Origin: a virus
Lineage: Duplodnaviria; Caudoviricetes
IMG/VR virus record: IMGVR_UViG_3300048574_000519
Coordinates: 1-60,699 of that record
Direction: 5' to 3' (one strand)
Length of the DNA: 60,699 bases
Shown here in pieces: positions 51,172 through 60,699 of this stretch. Positions within the stretch are counted from its first letter, which is position 1; each line of letters begins with the position of its first letter. The notes beneath the pieces are model-generated. The model did no database searches. It saw only the letters and a list, made by a program, of their open reading frames with translations, and was not told the origin of the DNA. Position numbers and translations under genes: made by a program.

Positions 51172-53177
51172 TGGGGTTCGGTCAGGAGATCAAGGACTTT
51201 CTCGGCGCGGCTCAGGCGGGCCAGAAGCTCGTCAGCTCCATGGACGACCGTGAATACAAGCGTCTGCGCACGAAGCACCTGAAGACGCAGATCGACCTCG
51301 CCACGGATCCCGAGACGTTGAAGCTGAACAAGGATCTGCTCCGCGCCCGTGCCAAGAAGCTCCTCCAGGGGGACGTGAACGCGCCCTATCGACAGGAACT
51401 TCTCCGCGGCCAGAAACTGCGAAACGATGAGTATGAGCGCAGCCTCAAGCTGCCGGCGGTCGGCGGAACGCCGTCTGGTCTGATCGACAAGGGCAGGGAA
51501 GTCGGCGGCCGGCCGGGGCCCCAGAGTGACGCGACGCCCGCCGTGGGTGGGTTCGAGCAAACCGCCATGGCCGACGAACCGGACGATGACGAAGACGATG
51601 GGGGGTTCGCTACGCCGGTGATGGCGGCCGCGAACGGCGGCCTCGTCAAGGCGCCGTTCAGCATGATGGCCGTTCACGACGCCGTTCGCGACGGCCTGAC
51701 CTATCTGGCTAAATCGAAGGGGGAGGACCAGCCCGCCCCCGCGGTGCCGGCCGGGCCGTCGGTTCAGAGTGCGGCGCATGGCGGCAAGATCCAGCACATG
51801 GCAGGTGGCGGCCTCGTCGATGACGACGAGCTGCCCGACGACGAACTGCCCGACGAAGTGGCTCCTGCCACGGCGGCCGAGGCCACGACGCCCGAAGAGG
51901 AAGACGGCGCGCTGCCGATCAACGCTCACCCGACCGCCGGCCGGCTGCCCGGCATGCCGCGGGTGCCCGCTCGTGTGCAAGCCCAGGGCGCCAATGCCCC
52001 AGCGTCCGCGTACACCGTCTCCCAATCGGACATGGCTGAGCTGCGGAAGGTCGTCGACCCCGAAAACAAGTTGAGTGAGGGGCACCGCAACATGAAGGTG
52101 CTGACGGCGGTCTACGAGTATCAGCTCGGGCTCGGGAATGTGCGCGGCGCCCAGGAAGCCGCCGCCGGCATCCTCCAGAATTACAAGCGGATGTCGCAGC
52201 AATACGCCGCATTCGCCAATGCCGCCGTCGAGAACGGCGAGTACGATGACGCCGCGCGCCTCGCCATGAAGGCGTATGACGCGATCCCCGACGGCCGCGG
52301 CATCAAGATCAAGAACAACAACGGCAAGTTCAGCTACGAGATGACCGATGAGGAGACCGGCAAGGTCACCTCGAAAGGCGTCGCCTCGCCGCGCGAACTG
52401 GCCGCGATGGCGATGAAGGTCGCCGCCAACGGCTTCGACGAGTTCATCCTGGACGCCGCCGGCCAACGCGCCGCCGCGAAGGGGAAGGGCGCCGTCGGCG
52501 ACGAGAAGCCGATGAAAATGTCCGACCGCAAGTCGGCCAGCGGCCAGATCGACGCGGTGTTCGACGAGGGCAAGGCCAACAGCCTCAAGGCAGCGATTGC
52601 CAAGGGGGCGAAGGGCAAGGACGGTCAGCCCCTCACCGAGGACGACATCCCCGATCCGCCCGATCTTGCTGAGTTGAAATCGGCTGCTTTCGGCATCCTG
52701 TCCGACCCGCGCAACACGCGACTGTCTGCCGCGGACGCGGCCCGGGTGAGTGTCGAGATGGCCCATGTGGATCCGGCCGAGGTCAAGGACGTCGACACCC
52801 CGCCGCCCGTGGGCTTCCAGGCGAAAAAAGTCGATGGCGGTTACAACGTCGCGTTCAAGGGTGGCCGCTCCGCATTTGTGCCGAGCGGCGCCTATGACCG
52901 GCTGACGTTCCTCCGGGCGCAGAAGCTCCGCGCGATCTATGGCGCGCTCCCCACGAAACCCGACGCGGGGCCAGCGAAGCCAGCGAAGCCGGGGACCAGC
53001 GAACGGCTCGCCGCCGCCTCTGACAAGCTCGCCCCGGGCGGTATCGCGGGCGCGATCGACAGCCTGTCATCGCGGATCGAAGCCAGGAACGCTGAGCGCA
53101 AGAAGCAGGAACGCGAGAACTCCAAGAGCGTGGGCCGGCCCGGCAACTCGTCGCAGGGACTCCCCGTAGTCTATTGA
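51171..53177 (+). CDS. Internal virion / ejection protein
   Basis: 668 aa, lies between ejection genes, repeated AxGGxV motifs. Confidence 0.65.
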   Translation: MGFGQEIKDFLGAAQAGQKLVSSMDDREYKRLRTKHLKTQIDLATDPETLKLNKDLLRARAKKLLQGDVNAPYRQELLRGQKLRNDEYERSLKLPAVGGTPSGLIDKGREVGGRPGPQSDATPAVGGFEQTAMADEPDDDEDDGGFATPVMAAANGGLVKAPFSMMAVHDAVRDGLTYLAKSKGEDQPAPAVPAGPSVQSAAHGGKIQHMAGGGLVDDDELPDDELPDEVAPATAAEATTPEEEDGALPINAHPTAGRLPGMPRVPARVQAQGANAPASAYTVSQSDMAELRKVVDPENKLSEGHRNMKVLTAVYEYQLGLGNVRGAQEAAAGILQNYKRMSQQYAAFANAAVENGEYDDAARLAMKAYDAIPDGRGIKIKNNNGKFSYEMTDEETGKVTSKGVASPRELAAMAMKVAANGFDEFILDAAGQRAAAKGKGAVGDEKPMKMSDRKSASGQIDAVFDEGKANSLKAAIAKGAKGKDGQPLTEDDIPDPPDLAELKSAAFGILSDPRNTRLSAADAARVSVEMAHVDPAEVKDVDTPPPVGFQAKKVDGGYNVAFKGGRSAFVPSGAYDRLTFLRAQKLRAIYGALPTKPDAGPAKPAKPGTSERLAAASDKLAPGGIAGAIDSLSSRIEARNAERKKQERENSKSVGRPGNSSQGLPVVY

Positions 53178-53180
53178 GGA

Positions 53181-56100
53181 ATGGTGATGGTAGACGACAC
53201 CACGTTGTGGTCCGACCTCTACAACGTTCCCCCTCAGAGCAGCGACAAGTCGACATGGGGTGACGTTGGGCGCCAGATCGGCGCTGGCGCAGCTGAAGTC
53301 GGCGCCAGTCTCGCGGCGAGCGCTCGCTATCACACCGAGCGCACCGACTCCTCGTTGGGGGTCTTCACCAACGAAGTGTCGCGGATCTTCCAGGACCACC
53401 TCAACGAAACCGGCGAGGACATCCGCAAGGGCATGACGCCGGCCGCGATCGACCGGCTGAGCAAGAACGTCACAGACAGCAAGTTCTGGGAGGCTGACAC
53501 TATCGGCCTTCAGGCCGCGGGCATGTTGCCGGGCGTCGTCGCGATGGCCGCGGGCGGCGTGCTTGGCTCGTTGGTCGGGAGCCCACAGTTCGGCGTGATC
53601 GCAGCGTCGTCTGCACAGGGCGAGGGCGACTATCTCAACACGGTTTACAGGTTCCTCGACGCCAAGTCGGACGACGACCTCAAGAAGACCAACCCCTGGT
53701 ATCGTCAACAGCGCGCCAGCATGTCCGAGAAGGACGCGCGCGTCGACCTGATGGAAAAAGTCGCCGCGAATGGCGCGGGCATCAACGCGGTGATCGGCGC
53801 CGTCTCCGGTCTCGTCAGCCCGGTGAACACCGTCGCCCGTGGTGTCGCCGCCGGAGCCGCTGGCCGTGGTCTGGCCGCGCGTGTTGGTATCAGCGCCGGG
53901 GAGAACGCAGCCGTCGAGGGTGTCCAGGAGGGCGCTCTGGAGACGACTGGCCAGCGCGCCGAGATGGAGATCGACCCGACCCGGGAGCAGGAGTTCGACA
54001 AGACAAAGATCGCGCTGGCCGCCGCGCAGGGTGCTGTGCTCGGTGGTGGCTTTGGCGCGCTCGGTGGCATTCCGAGCGGGAAGCCGCGCTCGGCCCGCAA
54101 ACCCGCGGCCGATCCGGTCGCCGAAGCGCCCCCGGCTGATCCGGCGGCTACCCCTGAAGTAACTCAACCCACACCAGCGCCCGCTGATCCGGTGGTGTCG
54201 ACCGCCGGTCCTGCGCCTAAGGGCAACACGGGCTCGGTGCCGGTGCGTCCGAATGAGAGCGCGCCCGTTGGAGATCCAAACGCCAGCCCGACGCGCTCCG
54301 AAACCAGCTATCCGAAGGCCCCCGAGGGCGAGAAGGCGAAGGAGACTTCCAAGCGTCGTGGCAAGAAGGGCGCGCCCGTTGTCGAGACGGTCCCGGTTGT
54401 CGGGCCAGACGTGGCGCAGGCCGGTGCGCTCGCCGCCAAGGAGCCCGCGCCGTCACCGCCGCCTGAAGGCCCGCCCGGCGTTCGCCCGGCGCCCGTGCCG
54501 GTCCAGAACGAGCCGCCCCGTCCGTCCACCGCTGCCGCAGCCCTCGAAGCCAAGCGCCAATACGAGGCCGCTGGTGAGCCGGCGCGCCCCGAGGTGTCGC
54601 CCATCACCCCGGAGCAGACGCCCGAACAGGCGGCCCGCGATGCCCGACGGCAGGACGCTCTGGCGGCCGCCGATCAGGTCCCGACGACACCCCCCGGGCC
54701 GCCCGCCCCGGTCATCGAGCCGAAGACCGGGCGGCGCATCCTGGAAGCGATCCAGACACCGGAGGAGAAGGCCCGCGACGAGAGCCTCGCCAAGGCCGAC
54801 GAGATCAAGCGGGCGGCCGAAGACAGCGCCGCCGCCCGGCGGGCCGCCAAACAGGCGCGCTCCGAGAGCGGTGCGAAGGACCGGAGCCACAAGGGCGCCG
54901 AAGTGGTCGACAAGCGTGTCATCGACGACGCGCACACGAAGGAGATTTTCGACGCCCACCCGCCTGTCGATACCGAGCGCGGGGCGCTTGACCCCCGGGT
55001 GTCGGTCTCTGTGCCGGCGCGCAAGGAGGTGATGGCGCGTGCAAAAGCCGCCGTCTCCGAGGCCAAAAAGCGCGGCACGAAAATCTTCACTCAACTCAAG
55101 GGCGAGAACCAACAGTCGGCGCATACGTCTTGGCTGTCCGAGGCGTATGGCCTGACTAAGGTCAAGGGGTTCACCGGCAAAAAAGCGGACGAAGCCTACC
55201 ACGCGTTCATCACCCGTGAACTGGAACACCGTGCTGGTTTCACGAAAGAGGCCAACGCCGACCGGTTCGCCGAGGGCGAGGCCGCCAAGGGCGTGAAGAA
55301 GGGCGAGGCCGCCGATCAGGCCACCAAGCCCGAGGAGACCTCCGAGAACATCGCCGAGGCCAAGGAGGCGGAGCTCGAGCGGGCTGTTACCGGTGACGTC
55401 ACCAAGACGGACGTCACGAACGTCGATGTGGGTTCGAGTAATGAGATCGAAGCCCGTGGCGTGGTGAAGTCGCGCGGCGGCGAGGTGCGCGGCGTGTTCG
55501 ACGAGGAGCGCGCCAAGGAAGTGGCACCCGTCCGCAAGATCGAGCTGACGCCCGAGCAGCAGGCCGCGAAAGACGCGCTCGCCAAGAAGCGCGCTGAACG
55601 CGAGGCTGCCAAGACCAAGAAACTTTTCGGGGCTCCACTTCCGAAGGAAGGATTGGCGCCAGCGCACAAATACAAAGATGGCACTATCGCCGTCGGTCAC
55701 CGTGGTTCGCTGCATGCGGACATTGTCGACGAGCGGTATAAGGGCAACCCCGATCGATATGCTGATATCCAGGACATTGGATTTATCTCACCCGATGGCG
55801 AATATCTGGCCCGGGAGCAGGCTATCAAATGGGTCGAGCAGAATGAGGGCACCAAAGTAAAGCCGGGATTTGGCCGGTCGCTCGACGCGAAGGACTATCG
55901 CGAACAGGTGGTCCCGAAGACGGCCGCCGCGGTCGCGAAGTCCCTCGCGAAGTCCGCCCCCAAGAAACCCGCCGTGCCCACGCCTGAGCAGGCCAAGGCC
56001 GGCAACTACCGCAAGGTCCACGAGAACATCGACGGCGTAGAGTTCACGACCGAGACCGCCAAGGGGCAGGAGCGCAAGGGTGTCGGCGCCGACGGCAAGG

Positions 56101-59100
56101 ACTGGTCGGTGCGCATGCCGTATGACTACGGTTACGCCAAACGGACCACGGGCGCCGACGGGGACCACGTCGACATCGCGCGCGGCCCCGCCGACCCGAC
56201 CAAGCGGCCCGTGGTGATCATCGACCAGAAGGACCTCAAGACCGGCAAGTTCGACGAGCACAAGGTCCATATCGGCTTCGACGACGTGCGCCACGCCACC
56301 GAGGAATACGAGAAGGCGTACTCGGACGGGAAGGGGATCGAGCGCATCGGCGGCGTGAAGGTGCTCACCTGGGACGAGTTCAAGACGTGGCTCAAAGAGG
56401 GCGATACCACCAAAGCTGTCGCCAAGCAGGACGTCGATATCTTGGCGCTCGACTCTCGCTCCACCGGGCGCCAGCTGGTCGACAACCTCGCTGAAGGCGT
56501 CAACCAACAGTACGCGACCACCGCCGGGGAATTACTCAAAAGTCTGGACTTCAGCGGCTTCAAGAGCGTGCCGAAGCTCCTTGGTCCGTTCATCCAGCGC
56601 CGGTTGATGGAGGTGATCCACGGCGTCAAGGTCTATGTCGTGTCGCCCGACGTCATGCACAACGCGTCCGAGGCGTACTTCAAGGAGCACGGCGCTCGCC
56701 CAGCGGCGTTCTACTCGCCGTCCTACGACGCGATCTGGATTGACGTCGGTTCGCTCACGGACAGGAACGCCGCGGCCCACGTCGTGCTGCACGAAGCCAT
56801 GCACGCGGCTGTCCACAAATACCTGGCGGCCAACAAACGCGCCCAAGAGCATGTCGGCCTCCTGATGGCCGAAGTGCGTCGCTTCGTAGAGCTCAACCCC
56901 GAGCACGCCAAGACGATGAGGTATGGCCTCACGAACGAACACGAGTTTCTGTCCGAGGCGATGTCCAATCCGGCGTTCCAGGACGTGCTTGCGCGCATCG
57001 ACATGACACCGGCGCTCGCTCGACTGCTCGGCCTGAACACCCGGAGAAATCTCTCGCTGTGGAACGGCGTCGTCAACAAGGTCCGCGAATGGCTCGGCGT
57101 GCCGAAGGACGGCTACGCCCTCATCGAAGGCGCCATGCGCGTCACCGAACACCTTCTCGACCAGCGCCGGCGGGACATGGTCGCCGAGCGCACGCTCCGC
57201 CCGGTCGACTCCACCGGTGCCATGCACGACATCCACCCGCTCGATGCGGCCGCGCTCAAGAAGCAAGTCGGGGAGTGGGCTGGGACGGCGCATATCAACG
57301 TCGGCGCGCGTCTGCGCGCTATCAAGAACCAACTCAGCACTTTCCGGATGCTGGTCGACCGCGCCGGCGACAAGCTCGGGCCCGGGGCGCAGCGCCTCCT
57401 CAGCGCCGTGGCGCGGATGCACCGCGAGGCGAGCGAGATCCTCCACGCCGAAGGCGGCCTCAAGCTGATCCAGGACGTCGCCAAGTTCGCGCGCGAGAGC
57501 CCCGCGGAGTTCGCTCGTGCCGCCGAGCTGATGTTCGACGCCAGCACTATGCGAGTGGCGCTGGGCAAGAACGCGGACAACTCCCACTTCGGCAAGGACA
57601 AGCTGGACTATGTCCAGTCGAAGGCGCGGCTTCCTGCGTTGCAGGCCGAGTTCGACGCGCTCAGTCCTCGCGCGCAGGAGCTGCTCACACGGACCGCGAA
57701 GTTCTTCTCCGACATGCACGACAAGATGTCGCTGGAACTGATCCGGAACGTCCTCCGCGCCGCCGGCAAGGACGAGCCTGGGCTCGCCGAGCGCATCCAC
57801 TCGATCGGCCTCTCGGAGGATGAGAAGAAGTTGTTCGAGACGAACAGCCCGGTGCTGGCGATCGACGAGGCGCGCAGCCTCAAGAAGGTCAAGGGCTGGT
57901 ATGTTCCGTTCCGCCGCTACGGCGAGCACCTCGTCACGGGCAAATACGACTTTGCTACGCCGGCGGGGGCGACCCGGATCGACGAGAGCACCGTCCAGTT
58001 CCTCAACCCCAAGAGCAACGCGCAGACCCGGCGCGACGCCAAGGCGTTCGCGGCCGGTAGCGACCTCACGCACCTCTCGACCAAACGGGTGTGGGTAGAT
58101 GTCAACGACCCGACGAAGATCGTCGACAGCACCGACGTCAACGCCAAGATCGCCTACCGCGTCACGTTGCAGACGCAGCACATGTCGGCGTATGGCGACG
58201 AGGCCGGCGCCCGCGCCGCGCTCAAGGAGCTTCAGGTCGACGCCGACTTCAAAGAGGGCGCGGTTCGCTTGCGCCGTAACGCGCTCGGCCGTGACAGCGG
58301 TGGCCTGATCGCGGGCGACCTCGCGAGCGTGCTCCACCAGCTGGAGAAGCAAGAGCGCTTCAAGGGCATGAGCGCGACCGAGCAGAGCTCACTTCGCCAG
58401 GCGCTCACCGAGGCGACGATCCGGGCGACCGGCAGCACGCGGCTCACGCGCCGCCTTCAGAACCGGCGCGTCGAGGGCATGTCCGAGGACCTTGGGCGTG
58501 TCGTCGCCGAGTCGGCCGGGCAGGACGCTCGCACTCTCGCTCGCCTGCGGTTCCAGCCGGAGATCGACAAGGCGTTCAAGTCGATCGACGAGCACATCTC
58601 GGCAAACAAGTACGACAAGGACAGCGTGAAGCGCGACGAGTTCCGCAACGCGCTGGACAGCTTCCTTCACGAGAAGCCGAGCGGGCCGCCGACGGTTACC
58701 TCGAAGGTAGTCGCACGCCTCCTCCAGATCTCACGGCTCGACAAGCTGGCTGGCGTCAGCTTCCATTTGGTGAACGCCCAGGAGCCTTGGACCACTTCAC
58801 TGCCGGTGATCGCCGGCCGCCATGGTCTGGCGCAGACGACCCGGGCGCTCGCTGAAGCCTATAACCTGATCGGCGCGCGCGGCGGTGTGGCTGCTGGCCT
58901 CAAGGACACCGCCAAGGCGTTCAACGCCGACGCCGGCTTCACTGACTACGTGGCGCGGTTCCAGGACAACATCCGGAACTCGAAGGCGCTCGGCCCCGAC
59001 CGGAAAGCGCGGCTGATCGCGGCGCTGGATCATGTGAAGTCCCGTGGTTTGATGTCGGACGAGGCGATCTTCGAAGTGACGAAGCACTCCGACCCGTCGA

Positions 59101-60281
59101 CCGGCGCACCCGGCCGGGCGCTTGACCGTGCCGACCTGATGGCGAACCAGATGGGCACCGCCATCGAGGCGATCAACCGCTCCGTGACCGCGCTCGCTGC
59201 CGCCGACCTGGAGTACCGCCGGACGAAGAACGTCGAGTTGGCGAACAACTATGCCCGTCACACCACCGAAGTCACGATGGGCGACTACTCGCAGTGGAAC
59301 GCCCCTGGCTTCATGAAGAACCACCCGATCGGGCAGCTGGCGTTTCAGTTTAAGAAGTTCGGCTTCAAGACGTACTACCTGCTGGGCAAGACGCTCGGAG
59401 GCGCCCTCCGCGGCGATCGCGAGGCAATGAAGCAGTTCGGTGGTCTGATGGTCACGCACGCCATGGTCGCCGGCGCTCTCGGCTTGCCGCTGGAGCCGTT
59501 CAAGGTTGCGCTGATGGCGGCCGGATGGTTTGGCGCCACAAGTTACAGCTGGGAGGACGTCCAGAACTTCATCCGTGCCCAAGCGGCGGGTCTGCTCGGC
59601 AAGAAGGGCGGTGAGGTGTTCTCGCACGGGCTCTACCGGGCGGTCGGCGTGGACGTGTCCAGCCGCATTGGGCTCGACAGTCTGATGACGGGCTTCTCGC
59701 CGAAGGGCACCAAGATCGACGACATCAAGGGCTATCTGTTCGACACCGCCGCCGGCGCCCCCACAGCGCTTCTGCTCGACTTGTTCCGCGCCACCCAGGC
59801 GGTCCGGGATGGGAACTACGGCAAGGCGTTGGAGCTGGCGATCCCGATCAAAGCGGCGAGCGACCTGATCAAGGCCGGTAACGGGCTTGCGGGGCCGACT
59901 ACCAACGCCAGCGGGCGCGAGAAACTCCCGGCACTGAGCTACGGCCAGGCTGCGATCCAAGCGCTCGGGTTCGCGCCGGCGGCACGCGCCGAAGCCGGTG
60001 TACGCCGCGCCACCGTACAGCGCCAGACGGCGGCCCAATCGAAAGAGCGCATCACCTTCGAGACGAAGTGGCACATGGCGACCCCCAATGAGCGAGCCCG
60101 GATGTGGGGCGAGATCGAGCGCTGGAACCGGCTGCGCCCGAAGGACGCCCAACTCACCCGCGCGCAGCTGGAGAGCTACTCGAAGTCGCGCGGCAAGGAG
60201 CTGCTCAAGACGCAAGCCGGCGTGAAGGTCACGAAGCAGAACAAGGCGTTCGTGGATCGAGCCGAAGCCTACAACTACTGA
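53181..60281 (+). CDS. Large polyvalent internal virion protein (pyrophosphatase-like, HExxH peptidase-like and PLxRFG-like regions)
   Basis: PTPEQAKAGNY...YGY...GADGDHVD...FDEHKV; VLHEAMH...HEFLSEA; YVPFRRYG. Confidence 0.8.
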   Translation: MVMVDDTTLWSDLYNVPPQSSDKSTWGDVGRQIGAGAAEVGASLAASARYHTERTDSSLGVFTNEVSRIFQDHLNETGEDIRKGMTPAAIDRLSKNVTDSKFWEADTIGLQAAGMLPGVVAMAAGGVLGSLVGSPQFGVIAASSAQGEGDYLNTVYRFLDAKSDDDLKKTNPWYRQQRASMSEKDARVDLMEKVAANGAGINAVIGAVSGLVSPVNTVARGVAAGAAGRGLAARVGISAGENAAVEGVQEGALETTGQRAEMEIDPTREQEFDKTKIALAAAQGAVLGGGFGALGGIPSGKPRSARKPAADPVAEAPPADPAATPEVTQPTPAPADPVVSTAGPAPKGNTGSVPVRPNESAPVGDPNASPTRSETSYPKAPEGEKAKETSKRRGKKGAPVVETVPVVGPDVAQAGALAAKEPAPSPPPEGPPGVRPAPVPVQNEPPRPSTAAAALEAKRQYEAAGEPARPEVSPITPEQTPEQAARDARRQDALAAADQVPTTPPGPPAPVIEPKTGRRILEAIQTPEEKARDESLAKADEIKRAAEDSAAARRAAKQARSESGAKDRSHKGAEVVDKRVIDDAHTKEIFDAHPPVDTERGALDPRVSVSVPARKEVMARAKAAVSEAKKRGTKIFTQLKGENQQSAHTSWLSEAYGLTKVKGFTGKKADEAYHAFITRELEHRAGFTKEANADRFAEGEAAKGVKKGEAADQATKPEETSENIAEAKEAELERAVTGDVTKTDVTNVDVGSSNEIEARGVVKSRGGEVRGVFDEERAKEVAPVRKIELTPEQQAAKDALAKKRAEREAAKTKKLFGAPLPKEGLAPAHKYKDGTIAVGHRGSLHADIVDERYKGNPDRYADIQDIGFISPDGEYLAREQAIKWVEQNEGTKVKPGFGRSLDAKDYREQVVPKTAAAVAKSLAKSAPKKPAVPTPEQAKAGNYRKVHENIDGVEFTTETAKGQERKGVGADGKDWSVRMPYDYGYAKRTTGADGDHVDIARGPADPTKRPVVIIDQKDLKTGKFDEHKVHIGFDDVRHATEEYEKAYSDGKGIERIGGVKVLTWDEFKTWLKEGDTTKAVAKQDVDILALDSRSTGRQLVDNLAEGVNQQYATTAGELLKSLDFSGFKSVPKLLGPFIQRRLMEVIHGVKVYVVSPDVMHNASEAYFKEHGARPAAFYSPSYDAIWIDVGSLTDRNAAAHVVLHEAMHAAVHKYLAANKRAQEHVGLLMAEVRRFVELNPEHAKTMRYGLTNEHEFLSEAMSNPAFQDVLARIDMTPALARLLGLNTRRNLSLWNGVVNKVREWLGVPKDGYALIEGAMRVTEHLLDQRRRDMVAERTLRPVDSTGAMHDIHPLDAAALKKQVGEWAGTAHINVGARLRAIKNQLSTFRMLVDRAGDKLGPGAQRLLSAVARMHREASEILHAEGGLKLIQDVAKFARESPAEFARAAELMFDASTMRVALGKNADNSHFGKDKLDYVQSKARLPALQAEFDALSPRAQELLTRTAKFFSDMHDKMSLELIRNVLRAAGKDEPGLAERIHSIGLSEDEKKLFETNSPVLAIDEARSLKKVKGWYVPFRRYGEHLVTGKYDFATPAGATRIDESTVQFLNPKSNAQTRRDAKAFAAGSDLTHLSTKRVWVDVNDPTKIVDSTDVNAKIAYRVTLQTQHMSAYGDEAGARAALKELQVDADFKEGAVRLRRNALGRDSGGLIAGDLASVLHQLEKQERFKGMSATEQSSLRQALTEATIRATGSTRLTRRLQNRRVEGMSEDLGRVVAESAGQDARTLARLRFQPEIDKAFKSIDEHISANKYDKDSVKRDEFRNALDSFLHEKPSGPPTVTSKVVARLLQISRLDKLAGVSFHLVNAQEPWTTSLPVIAGRHGLAQTTRALAEAYNLIGARGGVAAGLKDTAKAFNADAGFTDYVARFQDNIRNSKALGPDRKARLIAALDHVKSRGLMSDEAIFEVTKHSDPSTGAPGRALDRADLMANQMGTAIEAINRSVTALAAADLEYRRTKNVELANNYARHTTEVTMGDYSQWNAPGFMKNHPIGQLAFQFKKFGFKTYYLLGKTLGGALRGDREAMKQFGGLMVTHAMVAGALGLPLEPFKVALMAAGWFGATSYSWEDVQNFIRAQAAGLLGKKGGEVFSHGLYRAVGVDVSSRIGLDSLMTGFSPKGTKIDDIKGYLFDTAAGAPTALLLDLFRATQAVRDGNYGKALELAIPIKAASDLIKAGNGLAGPTTNASGREKLPALSYGQAAIQALGFAPAARAEAGVRRATVQRQTAAQSKERITFETKWHMATPNERARMWGEIERWNRLRPKDAQLTRAQLESYSKSRGKELLKTQAGVKVTKQNKAFVDRAEAYNY

Positions 60282-60289
60282 GAACGCTG

Positions 60290-60439
60290 ATGCCGGCGCT
60301 CCAGGAGTACGACCGCGAGGAGTTCTGGGATGTCTGCCGTCGGTTGCGGCCGGACATCACACGCGAGCAATACGAGCTGATGTGGGACGAGTTCGCGGAC
60401 TTGAAGCGCGCGACCGAGCGCAAGCGGAGGATGCACTGA
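60290..60439 (+). CDS. Small hypothetical protein
   Basis: 49 aa, coupled to the HNH gene. Confidence 0.55.
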   Translation: MPALQEYDREEFWDVCRRLRPDITREQYELMWDEFADLKRATERKRRMH

Positions 60440-60699
60440 TGCCGGCCGGAGTTCGCGACCCCAGCTCACACCGAACGCCCGAGCAGATGCGCAGGCTCGA
60501 CCGCGGCTACAATGCGACCCCAGAAATGCGTCGCCGGCGCTCCGAGAACAACAAGGCGCGGAGCATGCTGGGCTTGAAGAAGGGCGACCCCCGGGATGCC
60601 GGCCACGTCAAAATGCTCGACCACGGCGGAAAGACAGTGAGGTCCAACCTGGAGCCGCAGTCGAGGCACCTGAACCGCGGCTGGCGGCGAGACGCCTAA
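60439..60699 (+). CDS. Small HNH endonuclease
   Basis: KGDPRDAGHVKMLDHGG....SNL....RHLNR. Confidence 0.8.
   Translation: MPAGVRDPSSHRTPEQMRRLDRGYNATPEMRRRRSENNKARSMLGLKKGDPRDAGHVKMLDHGGKTVRSNLEPQSRHLNRGWRRDA

Noticed and set aside
1-60699. attL/attR or terminal repeats
   Set aside because: The window is cut exactly at the stop codons of int and the HNH gene, so flanks are not visible. No end duplication seen.

Overview
The window looks like a near-complete ~60.7 kb GC-rich temperate tailed phage or prophage. The host is probably alphaproteobacterial (inference), and the tail and ejection genes are podovirus-type. The sequence runs from the integrase stop codon to the stop codon of a terminal HNH gene. 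The left half (1-30.2 kb, minus strand) holds early and replication genes: tyrosine integrase, primase-helicase, SSB-like protein, intein-containing SNF2 helicase, VRR-NUC and Cas4-like nucleases, intein-containing family A DNA polymerase, ATP-dependent ligase, a MoxR-like AAA ATPase with a vWA/metallopeptidase partner, and a long tract of small accessory ORFs. The right half (mostly plus strand) holds an inverted terminase pair, portal, scaffold, capsid, adaptors, tail fibres, lysis genes, ejection proteins including a 2366-aa polyvalent protein, and an HNH. Six observations stand out. (1) The polymerase intein carries its HNH homing endonuclease in the +1 frame while the intein frame stays open. 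(2) A second dual-coding segment lies in the primase linker behind an in-phase G-GGA-AAA slippery heptamer. (3) More than 35 copies of a 15-bp palindrome, T(T/A)AC-N7-GT(A/T)A, sit mostly on early-gene junctions. (4) Nine divergent 'LLGW' mini-domains form an array, most of them bounded by that palindrome. (5) Three otherwise dissimilar proteins share a C-terminal 'FPS(D/E)xLxxxLxLL' tag. (6) There is a short tRNA-like element that lacks an anticodon arm. All calls are by-eye motif recognition; no database searches were run.
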